A stretch of 64,000 bases of DNA from an uncultured Bacilli bacterium (GTDB lineage: Bacteria > Bacillota_I > Bacilli_A > RF39 > UBA660), in assembly GCA_934130375.1 (NCBI GenBank), contig CAKOXW010000001.1, forward strand, positions 136,067 to 200,066, read 5' to 3'. The position numbers were made by a program, and so were the translations under genes. The first letter of the stretch is position 1. Each line of letters begins with the position of its first letter. The notes beneath the pieces were generated by a model that worked only from the letters and a program-made list of their open reading frames with translations, was not told the DNA's origin and made no database searches. This document shows, piece by piece, positions 28,705-37,473 of the stretch.

Positions 28705-31245
28705 ATGAAGTTGTGTGAGGTTGATAAAAGTAAAATATCTCCAATGATGTTACAATATATTGATATTAAAGAAAAAAATATGGATGTTATTTTATTTTTT
28801 AGATTAGGGGATTTTTATGAAATGTTTTTTGAGGATGCTTATATTGCATCAAAAGAACTAGAACTTACTTTAACTGGTAAAAATGCAGGTTTAGATGAAA
28901 GAATTCCTATGTGTGGTATTCCTTACCATGCAGCGTCAATTTATCTTGAGAAATTGGTTGAAAAAGGGTATAAGGTTGCGATATGTGAACAGGTTGAAGA
29001 CCCTAAGACTGCCAAGGGTGTTGTTAAAAGAGAAGTAATGCAAATAGTATCTTCTGGAACAGTTATGAATAGTGATGCGCTTGATGAGAAGAGTAATAAT
29101 TATATTGGAAATGTGCTTGATTTTAATAGTTCGTATGTAATATGTTATACCGATTTATCTACTGGTGAAGTAAATGTGAAAATGATTAATCATGATACGG
29201 ATACTTTAATTAATACTATATTATCTTTAGGGTTAAATGAAATCGTGTTTAAATCAGATTTTAATAAGTACGTAGTTGATACTCTAAGGAATAAGTGTAG
29301 ATTAAATGTAAGTATTAGTGATTATGTATGTGATACAGATGAATATAAATATATATATGACTTTGTATTAGATGAAAGATATATTATATGTATTAATCAT
29401 TTATTATCTTATTTAATAGATACTCAGAAAAGAAGTTTAACTCATTTGCAAAGAGTTAATATTATTGAAAATATTTATTTAAATATAGATGTTAATAGTA
29501 TTCGTAATTTAGAATTAGTTGAATCTTTAAGATTAAAAAGTAGAAATTATTCATTATTATGGTTACTTGATAAGACTAAGACTGCAATGGGTTCAAGGAT
29601 GCTTAAGAATTGGATTTTAAATCCTTTAACTAATATCGAAGAAATTAATAAAAGGTATGATATTATTAGTACTTTAGAAACTGAATTTATATTAAAAGAA
29701 GAGTTAAAGAATTATTTAAATGAAGTTTATGACTTAGAAAGATTATGTGGTAGAATTTCTTATGGTAATACTAATGCGAGAGATTTAATACAACTTAAGA
29801 ATTCTTTAAAAGTTCTTCCTGATATTAATAAAATATTAACTGATTTAAAGTTTTATAAAAACATTGAGACTTTAGAAGATTTATATAGTTTACTTGATAA
29901 AAGTATTGATGATGATGCTCCTATAACTATTAAAGAAGGCGGAATAATAAAAAGAGGTTATAATTTAGAACTTGATAGTTTAAAAGATAATAGTAAATCT
30001 GGAAAAGATTTTGTTGTAAATATGGAGAGTGAAGAGAGAGAAAGAACAGGTATTAAGAATTTAAAGGTTGGGTATAATAAAATATTTGGTTATTATATAG
30101 AAGTATCTAAGGGGAATATACCTTTAATTAAAGATGAATATAATTATGAGAGAAAACAAACTTTAGCAAATTGTGAAAGATATGTTACTCCTTTATTAAA
30201 AGAAAAAGAAGCAATGATATTAGGTGCGGAAGAGAAGATTATTAATCTTGAATACAATTTGTTTATTGAAATTAGAGATATAGTTAAGAATTATATTAGT
30301 AGAATACAAGTAATTGCTAAGACTATAGCAGAGATAGATGTTTTGCAGTCTTTAGCGTGTGTTGCTGAAGAAAATAATTATGTAAGACCAGTTATTAGTG
30401 ATAAAAGAATTATAGATATTAAAGGTAGTAGACATCCAGTTGTTGAGAAAGTATTAAATACTGAATATGTAGATAATGATATTTATATGGATGAAAAAAC
30501 TAATATTTTAATGATTACTGGACCAAATATGGCTGGTAAATCTACTTATGAAAGAGAACTTGTTATTACATCTATAATGGCTCAAATGGGTTCTTTTGTG
30601 CCTGCTAAGAGTTGTATTATTCCTATATTTGATAAAGTATTTACTCGTATAGGAGCATCAGATGATCTTGTGTCAGGCGATAGTACATTTATGGTTGAAA
30701 TGAAAGAAGCAAATATAGCATTATTAAACGCTACTAAAAATAGTTTAATAATATTTGATGAATTAGGAAGGGGTACAGCAACTTATGATGGATTATCAAT
30801 CGCACAATCAATAATTGAATATATTCATGATAATATTGGATGTAAAACACTATTTTCAACTCACTATCATGAACTTACTAAATTAGATAAACACTTTAGT
30901 GGTATTAAAAATGTACATGTTGCAATAAAAGAAGAAAATGGTAATATTACATTTATGCATAAAGTAAAAGATGGACCTGTTGATAAGAGTTATGGTATAC
31001 ATGTTGCTAAACTTGCTAATTTACCAAGTAAAGTAATAAATAGGGCTAATGAAATATTAAATACTTATGAAAATAAAAAGGAAGTAGTATTTAGTGAACA
31101 ATTATCAATACCTATAGAAACTATAGAAAAAGATAATATAATTGAAGATAAAATTAAGAATATAGATATACTTAATACAACACCACTTGATGCACTTAAT
31201 TTTATTTATGAATTAAAAAAAGAAATTGATAAAAAAAATAATTGA
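28705..31245 (+). CDS. mutS: DNA mismatch repair protein MutS
   Basis: TPMMLQYIDIKE...FFRLGDFYEMF mismatch-binding domain, Walker A GPNMAGKST, FDELGRGT, STHYHEL. Confidence 0.95.
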   Translation: MKLCEVDKSKISPMMLQYIDIKEKNMDVILFFRLGDFYEMFFEDAYIASKELELTLTGKNAGLDERIPMCGIPYHAASIYLEKLVEKGYKVAICEQVEDPKTAKGVVKREVMQIVSSGTVMNSDALDEKSNNYIGNVLDFNSSYVICYTDLSTGEVNVKMINHDTDTLINTILSLGLNEIVFKSDFNKYVVDTLRNKCRLNVSISDYVCDTDEYKYIYDFVLDERYIICINHLLSYLIDTQKRSLTHLQRVNIIENIYLNIDVNSIRNLELVESLRLKSRNYSLLWLLDKTKTAMGSRMLKNWILNPLTNIEEINKRYDIISTLETEFILKEELKNYLNEVYDLERLCGRISYGNTNARDLIQLKNSLKVLPDINKILTDLKFYKNIETLEDLYSLLDKSIDDDAPITIKEGGIIKRGYNLELDSLKDNSKSGKDFVVNMESEERERTGIKNLKVGYNKIFGYYIEVSKGNIPLIKDEYNYERKQTLANCERYVTPLLKEKEAMILGAEEKIINLEYNLFIEIRDIVKNYISRIQVIAKTIAEIDVLQSLACVAEENNYVRPVISDKRIIDIKGSRHPVVEKVLNTEYVDNDIYMDEKTNILMITGPNMAGKSTYERELVITSIMAQMGSFVPAKSCIIPIFDKVFTRIGASDDLVSGDSTFMVEMKEANIALLNATKNSLIIFDELGRGTATYDGLSIAQSIIEYIHDNIGCKTLFSTHYHELTKLDKHFSGIKNVHVAIKEENGNITFMHKVKDGPVDKSYGIHVAKLANLPSKVINRANEILNTYENKKEVVFSEQLSIPIETIEKDNIIEDKIKNIDILNTTPLDALNFIYELKKEIDKKNN

Positions 31246-31292
31246 AAATAGTAAAATCTATGATATAATTATTTTTATGTGTGAGGTGTTAT

Positions 31293-31697
31293 ATGGCAGA
31301 TATTAATAGAAGTGAATTAAGAAAAATTATTATGACTGCACTTTATCAAATAAGTGTTTATAAATCAAGTAAGATTAAATATGATACTAATGAAGTTATT
31401 AAAGAATTATTAGAAGTTAAAAATGATTTTGTAAATGAAATAGTATTCGGTGTTTTAGAGCATGAAGATGAATTAGTAGATATTGCTAATAAGTATTTAA
31501 AAGATTGGACTATAGATAGATTAGGAAAAACTGACCAAGCAATACTTAAGATAGGTTTATATGAATTATTATATACTGATACACCTGATATAGTATGTAT
31601 AAATGAAGCCTTAGAGTTAGCAAGCGAGTACTCTGATGATAAAGTAAAAAGTATGATTAATGCAGTACTAGATAACGTAATGAAAAATAAAGATTAA
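31293..31697 (+). CDS. nusB: Transcription antitermination factor NusB
   Basis: RSELRKIIMTALYQ, DRLGKTDQAILKIGLYELLY. RBS GTGAGGTG. Confidence 0.85.
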   Translation: MADINRSELRKIIMTALYQISVYKSSKIKYDTNEVIKELLEVKNDFVNEIVFGVLEHEDELVDIANKYLKDWTIDRLGKTDQAILKIGLYELLYTDTPDIVCINEALELASEYSDDKVKSMINAVLDNVMKNKD

Positions 31698-31716
31698 TTT
31701 CTTTATTTTTTTTATA

Positions 31717-32288
31717 ATATGTATTCTTTGACTTAAGTAGTTTATATTATATATTTATAAATTTATATGTTAAAGATTATAAGTTTTATATTATTTTGAA
31801 TACAAGTAACATCCCCTAATAATTAGTTAAAAAGTGGTTGTTTTGATATAAAATGTTAAAACTTTTGTAAATTTTCGTCAAAAATAGACCTAAAAAACGC
31901 CCTCGCCCATTGCCAAATGGGGGGGGGTGTATAGTATAATAACCTTGTATAATAGAGGAGGAAATTATGAAGAAAAAGAAGGGTTTTACTTTAGTAGAAT
32001 TATTAGCAGTAATAGTTATTTTGGCAGTTATACTAATTATTGCAATGCCAAAAATAAGTGATGTAATTAAGAATTCTAAGGAAGCATCATTAGAAACAAC
32101 TGCAAAATTAATAGCAAGTCAGGCAGAAAAGAAATATACTGAAAATCAAGTATTAGATGGTTCAACTACAATAAAATGTAGTGATGTTGCTAAGATAAGT
32201 GATACTGATTATGAAAGTTGTAATATTACTTTTGATAGTAAAGGTAATGCTAAAGTAACAATAGTAGGTAAGGGTAAGTTTGAAGGTT
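31717..32288 (+). repeat. Cassette B: ~570 bp (recurrent 3' motif + leader + promoter + first ~107 codons of pilin-like gene 2), near-identical to 49547-50146
   Basis: Aligned by eye: shared leader ...ttatattattttgaatacaagtaacatcc...gatataaaatgttaaaa...tttgtaaattttcgtcaaaaatag..cgcc..cgcccattgccaaatggggggggg...aggaggaaat and nearly identical N-terminal coding. Confidence 0.7.
31919..31927 (+). repeat. G9 homopolymer between the TTGCCA (31910-31915) and TATAAT (31935-31940) hexamers
   Basis: Counted directly. Spacer is 19 nt. Confidence 0.8.
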
Positions 32289-32875
32289 TACAAGTAGTAG
32301 ATGGAACTAAAGATAGTGCAAAAGCAAGCGCTAAGAAAGAAATTGTTGAAACTGCTGCTAAGTATTTTAGTTATGAAGAAGTGGAAGGCGGTATGTCAAT
32401 AACAGGTTATAATATTGCTGGAGGAACTGATGTAGTAATACCATCACAAATAGATGGTAAGACAGTTGTTGCTATTGGAGATTTGGCATTTACAACAAGA
32501 GGTATTATACCAACACTTACTGCTTATAATAATGATTATAAAGTAAGTTTATTAAGTTATAATTCTAATAATAATTATGTGGTAAAACCGCTTGTAACAG
32601 ATCTTAAAGGTTTAGGAATAACTTCGGTAGTGATACCTAATACAGTAACAAGCATAGGTAATAATGCATTTGCTGATAATAAGTTAACTAATATTACAAT
32701 ACCATCAAGTGTTATTGAAATAAGTCTTGAAGCGTTTTACGGCAATCAAATAAGTTCAATTACATTTCCTGATACACCAATCACTCTTGGCTGTAGAGTA
32801 TTTGCTCGTAATCCAATTTCTGCAGATGAAACTTATAGTTTACCAAGTAATGTTACTTATGTATGTGTAAATTGA
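31967..32875 (+). CDS. Modular type IV pilin-like protein 2 (pilin module + BspA-type leucine-rich-repeat module)
   Basis: MKKKKGFTLVELLAVIVILAVIL prepilin N-terminus. C-terminal repeats ...IPNTVTSIGNNAFADNKLTNITIPSSVIEISLEAFYGN... are typical of BspA-like LRR surface proteins. RBS GGAGGA. Confidence 0.7.
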   Translation: MKKKKGFTLVELLAVIVILAVILIIAMPKISDVIKNSKEASLETTAKLIASQAEKKYTENQVLDGSTTIKCSDVAKISDTDYESCNITFDSKGNAKVTIVGKGKFEGLQVVDGTKDSAKASAKKEIVETAAKYFSYEEVEGGMSITGYNIAGGTDVVIPSQIDGKTVVAIGDLAFTTRGIIPTLTAYNNDYKVSLLSYNSNNNYVVKPLVTDLKGLGITSVVIPNTVTSIGNNAFADNKLTNITIPSSVIEISLEAFYGNQISSITFPDTPITLGCRVFARNPISADETYSLPSNVTYVCVN

Positions 32876-32947
32876 TATTTTAATTTAGATTGTTAAAGAG
32901 ATAGATTTCTATCTTTTTTTCTTGTATAATAATTATGGAGGTAAAGT

Positions 32948-33427
32948 ATGGATGATATAGTTAATGTAGTTATTGAAATACCATTTAGGTCTAGAAATAA
33001 GTATGAGATAAGTAATGGTAAAGTTATGTTAGATAGAGTGTTGTATTCTGCAATGGGTTATCCTTGCGAATATGGAATGATTGAAAATACTCTTGCTAAA
33101 GATGGTGACCCTCTTGATATTTTAGTTATAGCAACAGAAGCAAGTTACCCAGGTTGTATTGTGCCTGCTCGTATTATTGGTTATTTAGATATGGTTGATA
33201 ATGGTAAAGAAGATTATAAATTAATATCTGTTGTTGCGTGCGACCCAAGATATGATGATATTAAGAGTTTAGATGATATTTCTTCATTTACTTTAGAAGA
33301 GATTAAGAACTTTTTTGAAAATTATAAAAAGTTAGAAAATATAGATGTAAAGGTTGGTAAATATCATAGTTGTAGTGAAGCACTTAAGATACTTAAAGAA
33401 TGTGAGGAAAGGTATAATGAGGAATAG
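32948..33427 (+). CDS. ppa: Inorganic pyrophosphatase (family I)
   Basis: VIEIPFRSRNKYE, DGDPLDILV motifs. Confidence 0.9.
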   Translation: MDDIVNVVIEIPFRSRNKYEISNGKVMLDRVLYSAMGYPCEYGMIENTLAKDGDPLDILVIATEASYPGCIVPARIIGYLDMVDNGKEDYKLISVVACDPRYDDIKSLDDISSFTLEEIKNFFENYKKLENIDVKVGKYHSCSEALKILKECEERYNEE

Positions 33428-33872
33428 AGGTTTTGAAATAGTTTCTGCGTATAAAGATAAAGGTATTAATATTCCAGTGAGAAAAACTCATGGTTCTGCA
33501 GCATACGACATAGAAGCAGCAGAAGATATAGTTATTCCTCCGTATCAACAAGGTATAAAGCCTACTTTGATACCTACTGGGTTAAAAGCTTATTGTAGAA
33601 GTGATGAGTTTTATATTCTTGCTAATAGAAGTTCTGGTCCTAAGAAGGGTTTTGTAATGGCTAATAGTATTGGTATTATTGATAGTGATTATTATGATAA
33701 TGAGAGTAATGAGGGACATTTTTATTTTCAATATTATAATTTTAATAAAGAAGAGTTGCATGTTAAGAAGGGTGATGTTATAGGGCAAGTAATATTTATG
33801 AAGTTCTTAACGTGTGATGATGATTGTGCGGAAGGTATTAGGACTGGTGGTTTTGGTTCTACTGATAAGTAA
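33417..33872 (+). CDS. dut: dUTP diphosphatase
   Basis: SAAYDI, GIIDSDY, C-terminal RTGGFGSTDK. ATG at 33417 overlaps the ppa end. The track start is TTG in the ppa tail. Confidence 0.8.
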   Translation: MRNRGFEIVSAYKDKGINIPVRKTHGSAAYDIEAAEDIVIPPYQQGIKPTLIPTGLKAYCRSDEFYILANRSSGPKKGFVMANSIGIIDSDYYDNESNEGHFYFQYYNFNKEELHVKKGDVIGQVIFMKFLTCDDDCAEGIRTGGFGSTDK

Positions 33873-33905
33873 AATATGATATAATTGAAATAGAAAGGAG
33901 TATTT

Positions 33906-34667
33906 ATGATTATTTTAATTATTGTTTTAGTAATTTTGTTATTATCTATTAAACAAGTTAGTGAGTATGAAAGAGGAGTTAAGTTTTGTTTTGGTAAGTT
34001 TAAGAAAATTATGAACCCAGGATGGAATATTGTACTTCCTATAATTGAATCTTACAAGAAGATTGATATAAGGACTAAGGTAATTGATGTTCCTGAACAA
34101 GAAGTAATTACTAAGGATAATGTGTCTGTTAAGATTAATGCGGTAATTTATTATAATATTTTTGATGCTTCTAAAGCAATTTTAGAGGTTGAGAATTTTC
34201 ATTATGCAGTATCACAACTTGCTCAAACTACAATGCGTAATTCAGTTGGTTCAGTAACTTTAGATGAGTTATTAAGTTGTAGAGATAAAATATCTGATAC
34301 AATTTGTAAGATTGTAGATAAAGCAAGTGATGAGTGGGGTGTTAAGGTACATGATGTTGAGTTAAAGGATGTATCCCTACCAGGTGAAATGAAAAGAGTT
34401 ATTGCTAAGGTTGCAGAGGCTGAGAGAGAAAAACAAGCTGTCATTACAAAGGCTGCAGGTGAACTTGAGGCATCTAAGAATTTAGCAGAAGCAGCAACTA
34501 CTTTATCACAAGCACCAGGTGCACTTCATTTAAGAACTTTAGCAACTATTAATGATATTTCATCTGACCAATCAAATACAATAATTTTTGCAGTACCACT
34601 TGAGGTTTTAAGAGCATTTGAAGGAGATAAGGCAAAAGAATTAATTACTAAAATTAAAAATAAGTAA
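33906..34667 (+). CDS. SPFH/band-7 (stomatin-like) domain membrane protein
   Basis: N-terminal TM then EYERGVKFCFGKF...ITKDNVSVKINAVIYY stomatin-like core. Confidence 0.75.
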   Translation: MIILIIVLVILLLSIKQVSEYERGVKFCFGKFKKIMNPGWNIVLPIIESYKKIDIRTKVIDVPEQEVITKDNVSVKINAVIYYNIFDASKAILEVENFHYAVSQLAQTTMRNSVGSVTLDELLSCRDKISDTICKIVDKASDEWGVKVHDVELKDVSLPGEMKRVIAKVAEAEREKQAVITKAAGELEASKNLAEAATTLSQAPGALHLRTLATINDISSDQSNTIIFAVPLEVLRAFEGDKAKELITKIKNK

Positions 34668-34726
34668 CTAGATTTATCTAGTGCTTTTTTCTTTTTGTAA
34701 AACATATTATAGATTAGGTGATTTTA

Positions 34727-35281
34727 ATGAAACTAACATCAATAGTACTGGTAGCAATTTCTCTATCTATGGATGCTTTTGCAATATCTATTTGTAAGGG
34801 TTTAAGTATGAAAGAAAATAATTATAAAAAGGCACTTGTAATTGCACTTTATTTTGGTTTATTTCAAGCATTAATGCCTATAATTGGCTATTTATTTGGT
34901 TTTTCAGTAAATAGTATTCTTAATAGAATTAATTCTTTTTTAGCGTTTATAATTCTTGTATCAATAGGTATTAGTATGCTTGTTGATTCTAATGAAAAAC
35001 GTGAGTTAGATGACAGTGTTAATTTTAAGACAATGATTGTGCTTGCGGTCGTAACAAGTATTGATGCACTTGCGATAGGTGTTACTTTTGCTTTTTTAAA
35101 TGTAAATATTATCGCATCATCAATACTAATTGGAATTATCACCTTTGTAATTACATTTTCAGGTGTCTTAATTGGTAATAAATTTGGATCAAAATACGCA
35201 AGTAGGGCACAGCTACTTGGTGGCATTATATTAATATTAACCGGTATTAAAATATTACTTAATTATTTAGATATAATTTAG
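34727..35281 (+). CDS. mntP: Manganese efflux pump MntP
   Basis: Duplicated DAFAISI / DALAIGV motifs in a six-TM protein. Confidence 0.8.
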   Translation: MKLTSIVLVAISLSMDAFAISICKGLSMKENNYKKALVIALYFGLFQALMPIIGYLFGFSVNSILNRINSFLAFIILVSIGISMLVDSNEKRELDDSVNFKTMIVLAVVTSIDALAIGVTFAFLNVNIIASSILIGIITFVITFSGVLIGNKFGSKYASRAQLLGGIILILTGIKILLNYLDII

Positions 35282-35326
35282 TAATATTTTTCTTTTATTT
35301 GTAAATAATATAATTGGGAGGAAATT

Positions 35327-35545
35327 ATGAAAAATTATAAAGAAGTACCATTTATTATTACTGGTAAAGATTTAGATTATTTAACAGATATGTTTCATTG
35401 GAATTATTTATGTTACAAGTGTATGAATAATGCATCTTTAGAAGTAGTTGATAAGGAAATTAAAAATATGATAGAAAAGAGTATGGCTTTATTTGATGAT
35501 AATATGAATAATATTTTAGATACTCTAGGAGGCTCAAATGAATAA
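35327..35545 (+). CDS. Hypothetical small protein (possible coat-protein operon partner)
   Basis: 72-aa ORF overlapping the start of the CotF-like gene. No recognised domain. Confidence 0.35.
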   Translation: MKNYKEVPFIITGKDLDYLTDMFHWNYLCYKCMNNASLEVVDKEIKNMIEKSMALFDDNMNNILDTLGGSNE

Positions 35546-35855
35546 GGAAATTACTAATAAAAAAATGGAAGTACCAAAAGGAATTTGCTTAAACGACAAA
35601 GATTATATTGAAACATTATTAACTCATTTAAAAGATATGTCTAAAAATTATTGTGTTGCAATGAGCGAGGCATCAAATGAAAAGTTATATGATATGTATG
35701 CATCTATGTTTAAAAAGATTAGTAAGATGCAAAGGGACGTATATGAATTAATGTTTAGATGTGGATGGTATCCTATGGAATGTGTAGGTGATACTAAAAT
35801 TAATTCTAAATATAATATGCTAACAACAGAGTACACTGATTTAGATAATAATTAA
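35538..35855 (+). CDS. Spore coat protein F (CotF)-like domain protein
   Basis: LNDKDYIETLLTHLKDM...EASNEKLYDMYASMFKKISKMQRDVYELMFRCGWYP resembles the Coat_F domain. Confidence 0.45.
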   Translation: MNKEITNKKMEVPKGICLNDKDYIETLLTHLKDMSKNYCVAMSEASNEKLYDMYASMFKKISKMQRDVYELMFRCGWYPMECVGDTKINSKYNMLTTEYTDLDNN

Positions 35856-35881
35856 TATTGAAAATTAACAATTAATGTAGT

Positions 35882-36544
35882 ATGATTATAATGGTGATAC
35901 TAATGAATTATGATTATAATAAAATTGTTAATTTTTTATTTGGAAAAGAGATAAAAGCATTAAATGGTGTTTTAGAAGAAGTAATTAATAGTAAATATAC
36001 TTTAATTGATGTTAATACTAAAAATAAAATGTTTTTGTTAAACGAAAAAAATACTAATACTAGTTTTATATTAGAAAAAAGAGGTAATGGTATTTTAATC
36101 GCACCTGACTTATATTCAAATCTAAACTTTTCTGACAATTTTATTGAACTTACTGAAATTACTATTAATGAAAATAATGGTGATGCAATCGTATCTAAAA
36201 TATTTAAACAAGATGATAAATTAGTTGCTTTTACAACTTCATGGCATTATAGTAATGATAGTTATACTGAGGCAGTAAATAAAATGATGATTATTAATAG
36301 TGAAGATATTGAAAAAATATCAGATAGGTATACTATTGAAACTTTTTTGAAATCCTTTTACGAAAAGAGAAGAGGTATTTTTAGTGATTTATACTGGGAT
36401 ATAGATTTGCTTACTAAGAATATATTTATAGATGCTAAGAGAATTGAGCGAGTAAATATTAATGATAGTAATTCAGATAAGTTTAATGTTTTATATAATA
36501 AATATTTAAAAATTGTTACTGATGCAGTTAATAAATCAAGGTAA
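35882..36544 (+). CDS. Hypothetical protein
   Basis: 220-aa ORF. No recognised motif. Confidence 0.4.
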   Translation: MIIMVILMNYDYNKIVNFLFGKEIKALNGVLEEVINSKYTLIDVNTKNKMFLLNEKNTNTSFILEKRGNGILIAPDLYSNLNFSDNFIELTEITINENNGDAIVSKIFKQDDKLVAFTTSWHYSNDSYTEAVNKMMIINSEDIEKISDRYTIETFLKSFYEKRRGIFSDLYWDIDLLTKNIFIDAKRIERVNINDSNSDKFNVLYNKYLKIVTDAVNKSR

Positions 36545-36591
36545 AACTTGATTTTATTTTATTTTTAAGTATAATTTAGTTGGTGATGTTT

Positions 36592-37149
36592 ATGAAATTA
36601 TTACTTCATATTTGTTGTGGACCTTGTTCTGCGGCGTGTATTAAGGTACTTAGAGATGAGAATATTGATGTAACGGGTTATTGGTATAATCCAAATATAC
36701 AACCATATACCGAATATTTAAATAGACTTGATGCTCTAAAAGAGTATTCGAAAATGATTAATTTAATAGTAATATATAATGATTATTATAATTTAAAAGA
36801 ATTTGTTGATAATGTTAAAAATGATTTAAATAATAGATGTGGGTATTGTTATTTATCTAGGTTAGAAAGTGCTTTTAAATATGCATCTAGTAATGGTTAT
36901 GATTATGTAACTACAACTTTATTAATAAGCCCTTATCAAAAACACGATTTGATAATTAAAACATGTGAATTCTTAGAGAAAAAATATAATGTTAAATTTT
37001 TATATAGAGACTTTAGACCTTATTTTTATGAAGGTAAGGCAATGTTTAAGGAAACTGGACTATATATGCAAAAATATTGTGGATGTGTATTTAGTGAAGA
37101 AGAAAGATACGAAAAAAAGATTAAAAAAAATACAGGACTATATGAATAG
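36592..37149 (+). CDS. queH: Epoxyqueuosine reductase QueH (DUF208)
   Basis: LLLHICCGPCS and CGYCY...YCGC cysteine motifs. Confidence 0.8.
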   Translation: MKLLLHICCGPCSAACIKVLRDENIDVTGYWYNPNIQPYTEYLNRLDALKEYSKMINLIVIYNDYYNLKEFVDNVKNDLNNRCGYCYLSRLESAFKYASSNGYDYVTTTLLISPYQKHDLIIKTCEFLEKKYNVKFLYRDFRPYFYEGKAMFKETGLYMQKYCGCVFSEEERYEKKIKKNTGLYE

Positions 37150-37192
37150 TTTTGTATTTTTTTATATAGTTATATAAATAAAAAAAGAAATC

Positions 37193-37363
37193 TTACTTAG
37201 ATTCTTTTCTTATCTTCTTAGCATCTCTAGTTGTCATTACTACAGTTTTACCATCAATAGTAACTTTTTGTTTATTTAAACCTTGTTTCTTCTTAGTAGC
37301 GTTTAATGCATGAGAACGACTATTACCAAATAAAGGTTTTCTATCAGTTTTTACATTTGCCAT
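37193..37363 (-). CDS. rpmB: 50S ribosomal protein L28
   Basis: Not in ORF track. Revcomp reads MANVKTDRKPLFGNSRSHALNATKKKQGLNKQKVTIDGKTVVMTTRDAKKIRKESK, with RBS GGAGGAAAG upstream. Confidence 0.85.
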   Translation of the reverse strand: MANVKTDRKPLFGNSRSHALNATKKKQGLNKQKVTIDGKTVVMTTRDAKKIRKESK

Positions 37364-37473
37364 AAATCTTTCCTCCTTTTTAGCGGATTTCCTTTATCAA
37401 TTGTACCTTAAATATTTAAATAAGTCAATTGTTATCTTACTAAAAATTTGTTAAAATATAAATGGAGGCATTT

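Noticed and set aside
36989-37177. 62-aa ORF overlapping the 3' end of queH
   Set aside because: It is out of frame inside queH and runs into the rpmB terminator region. No RBS.
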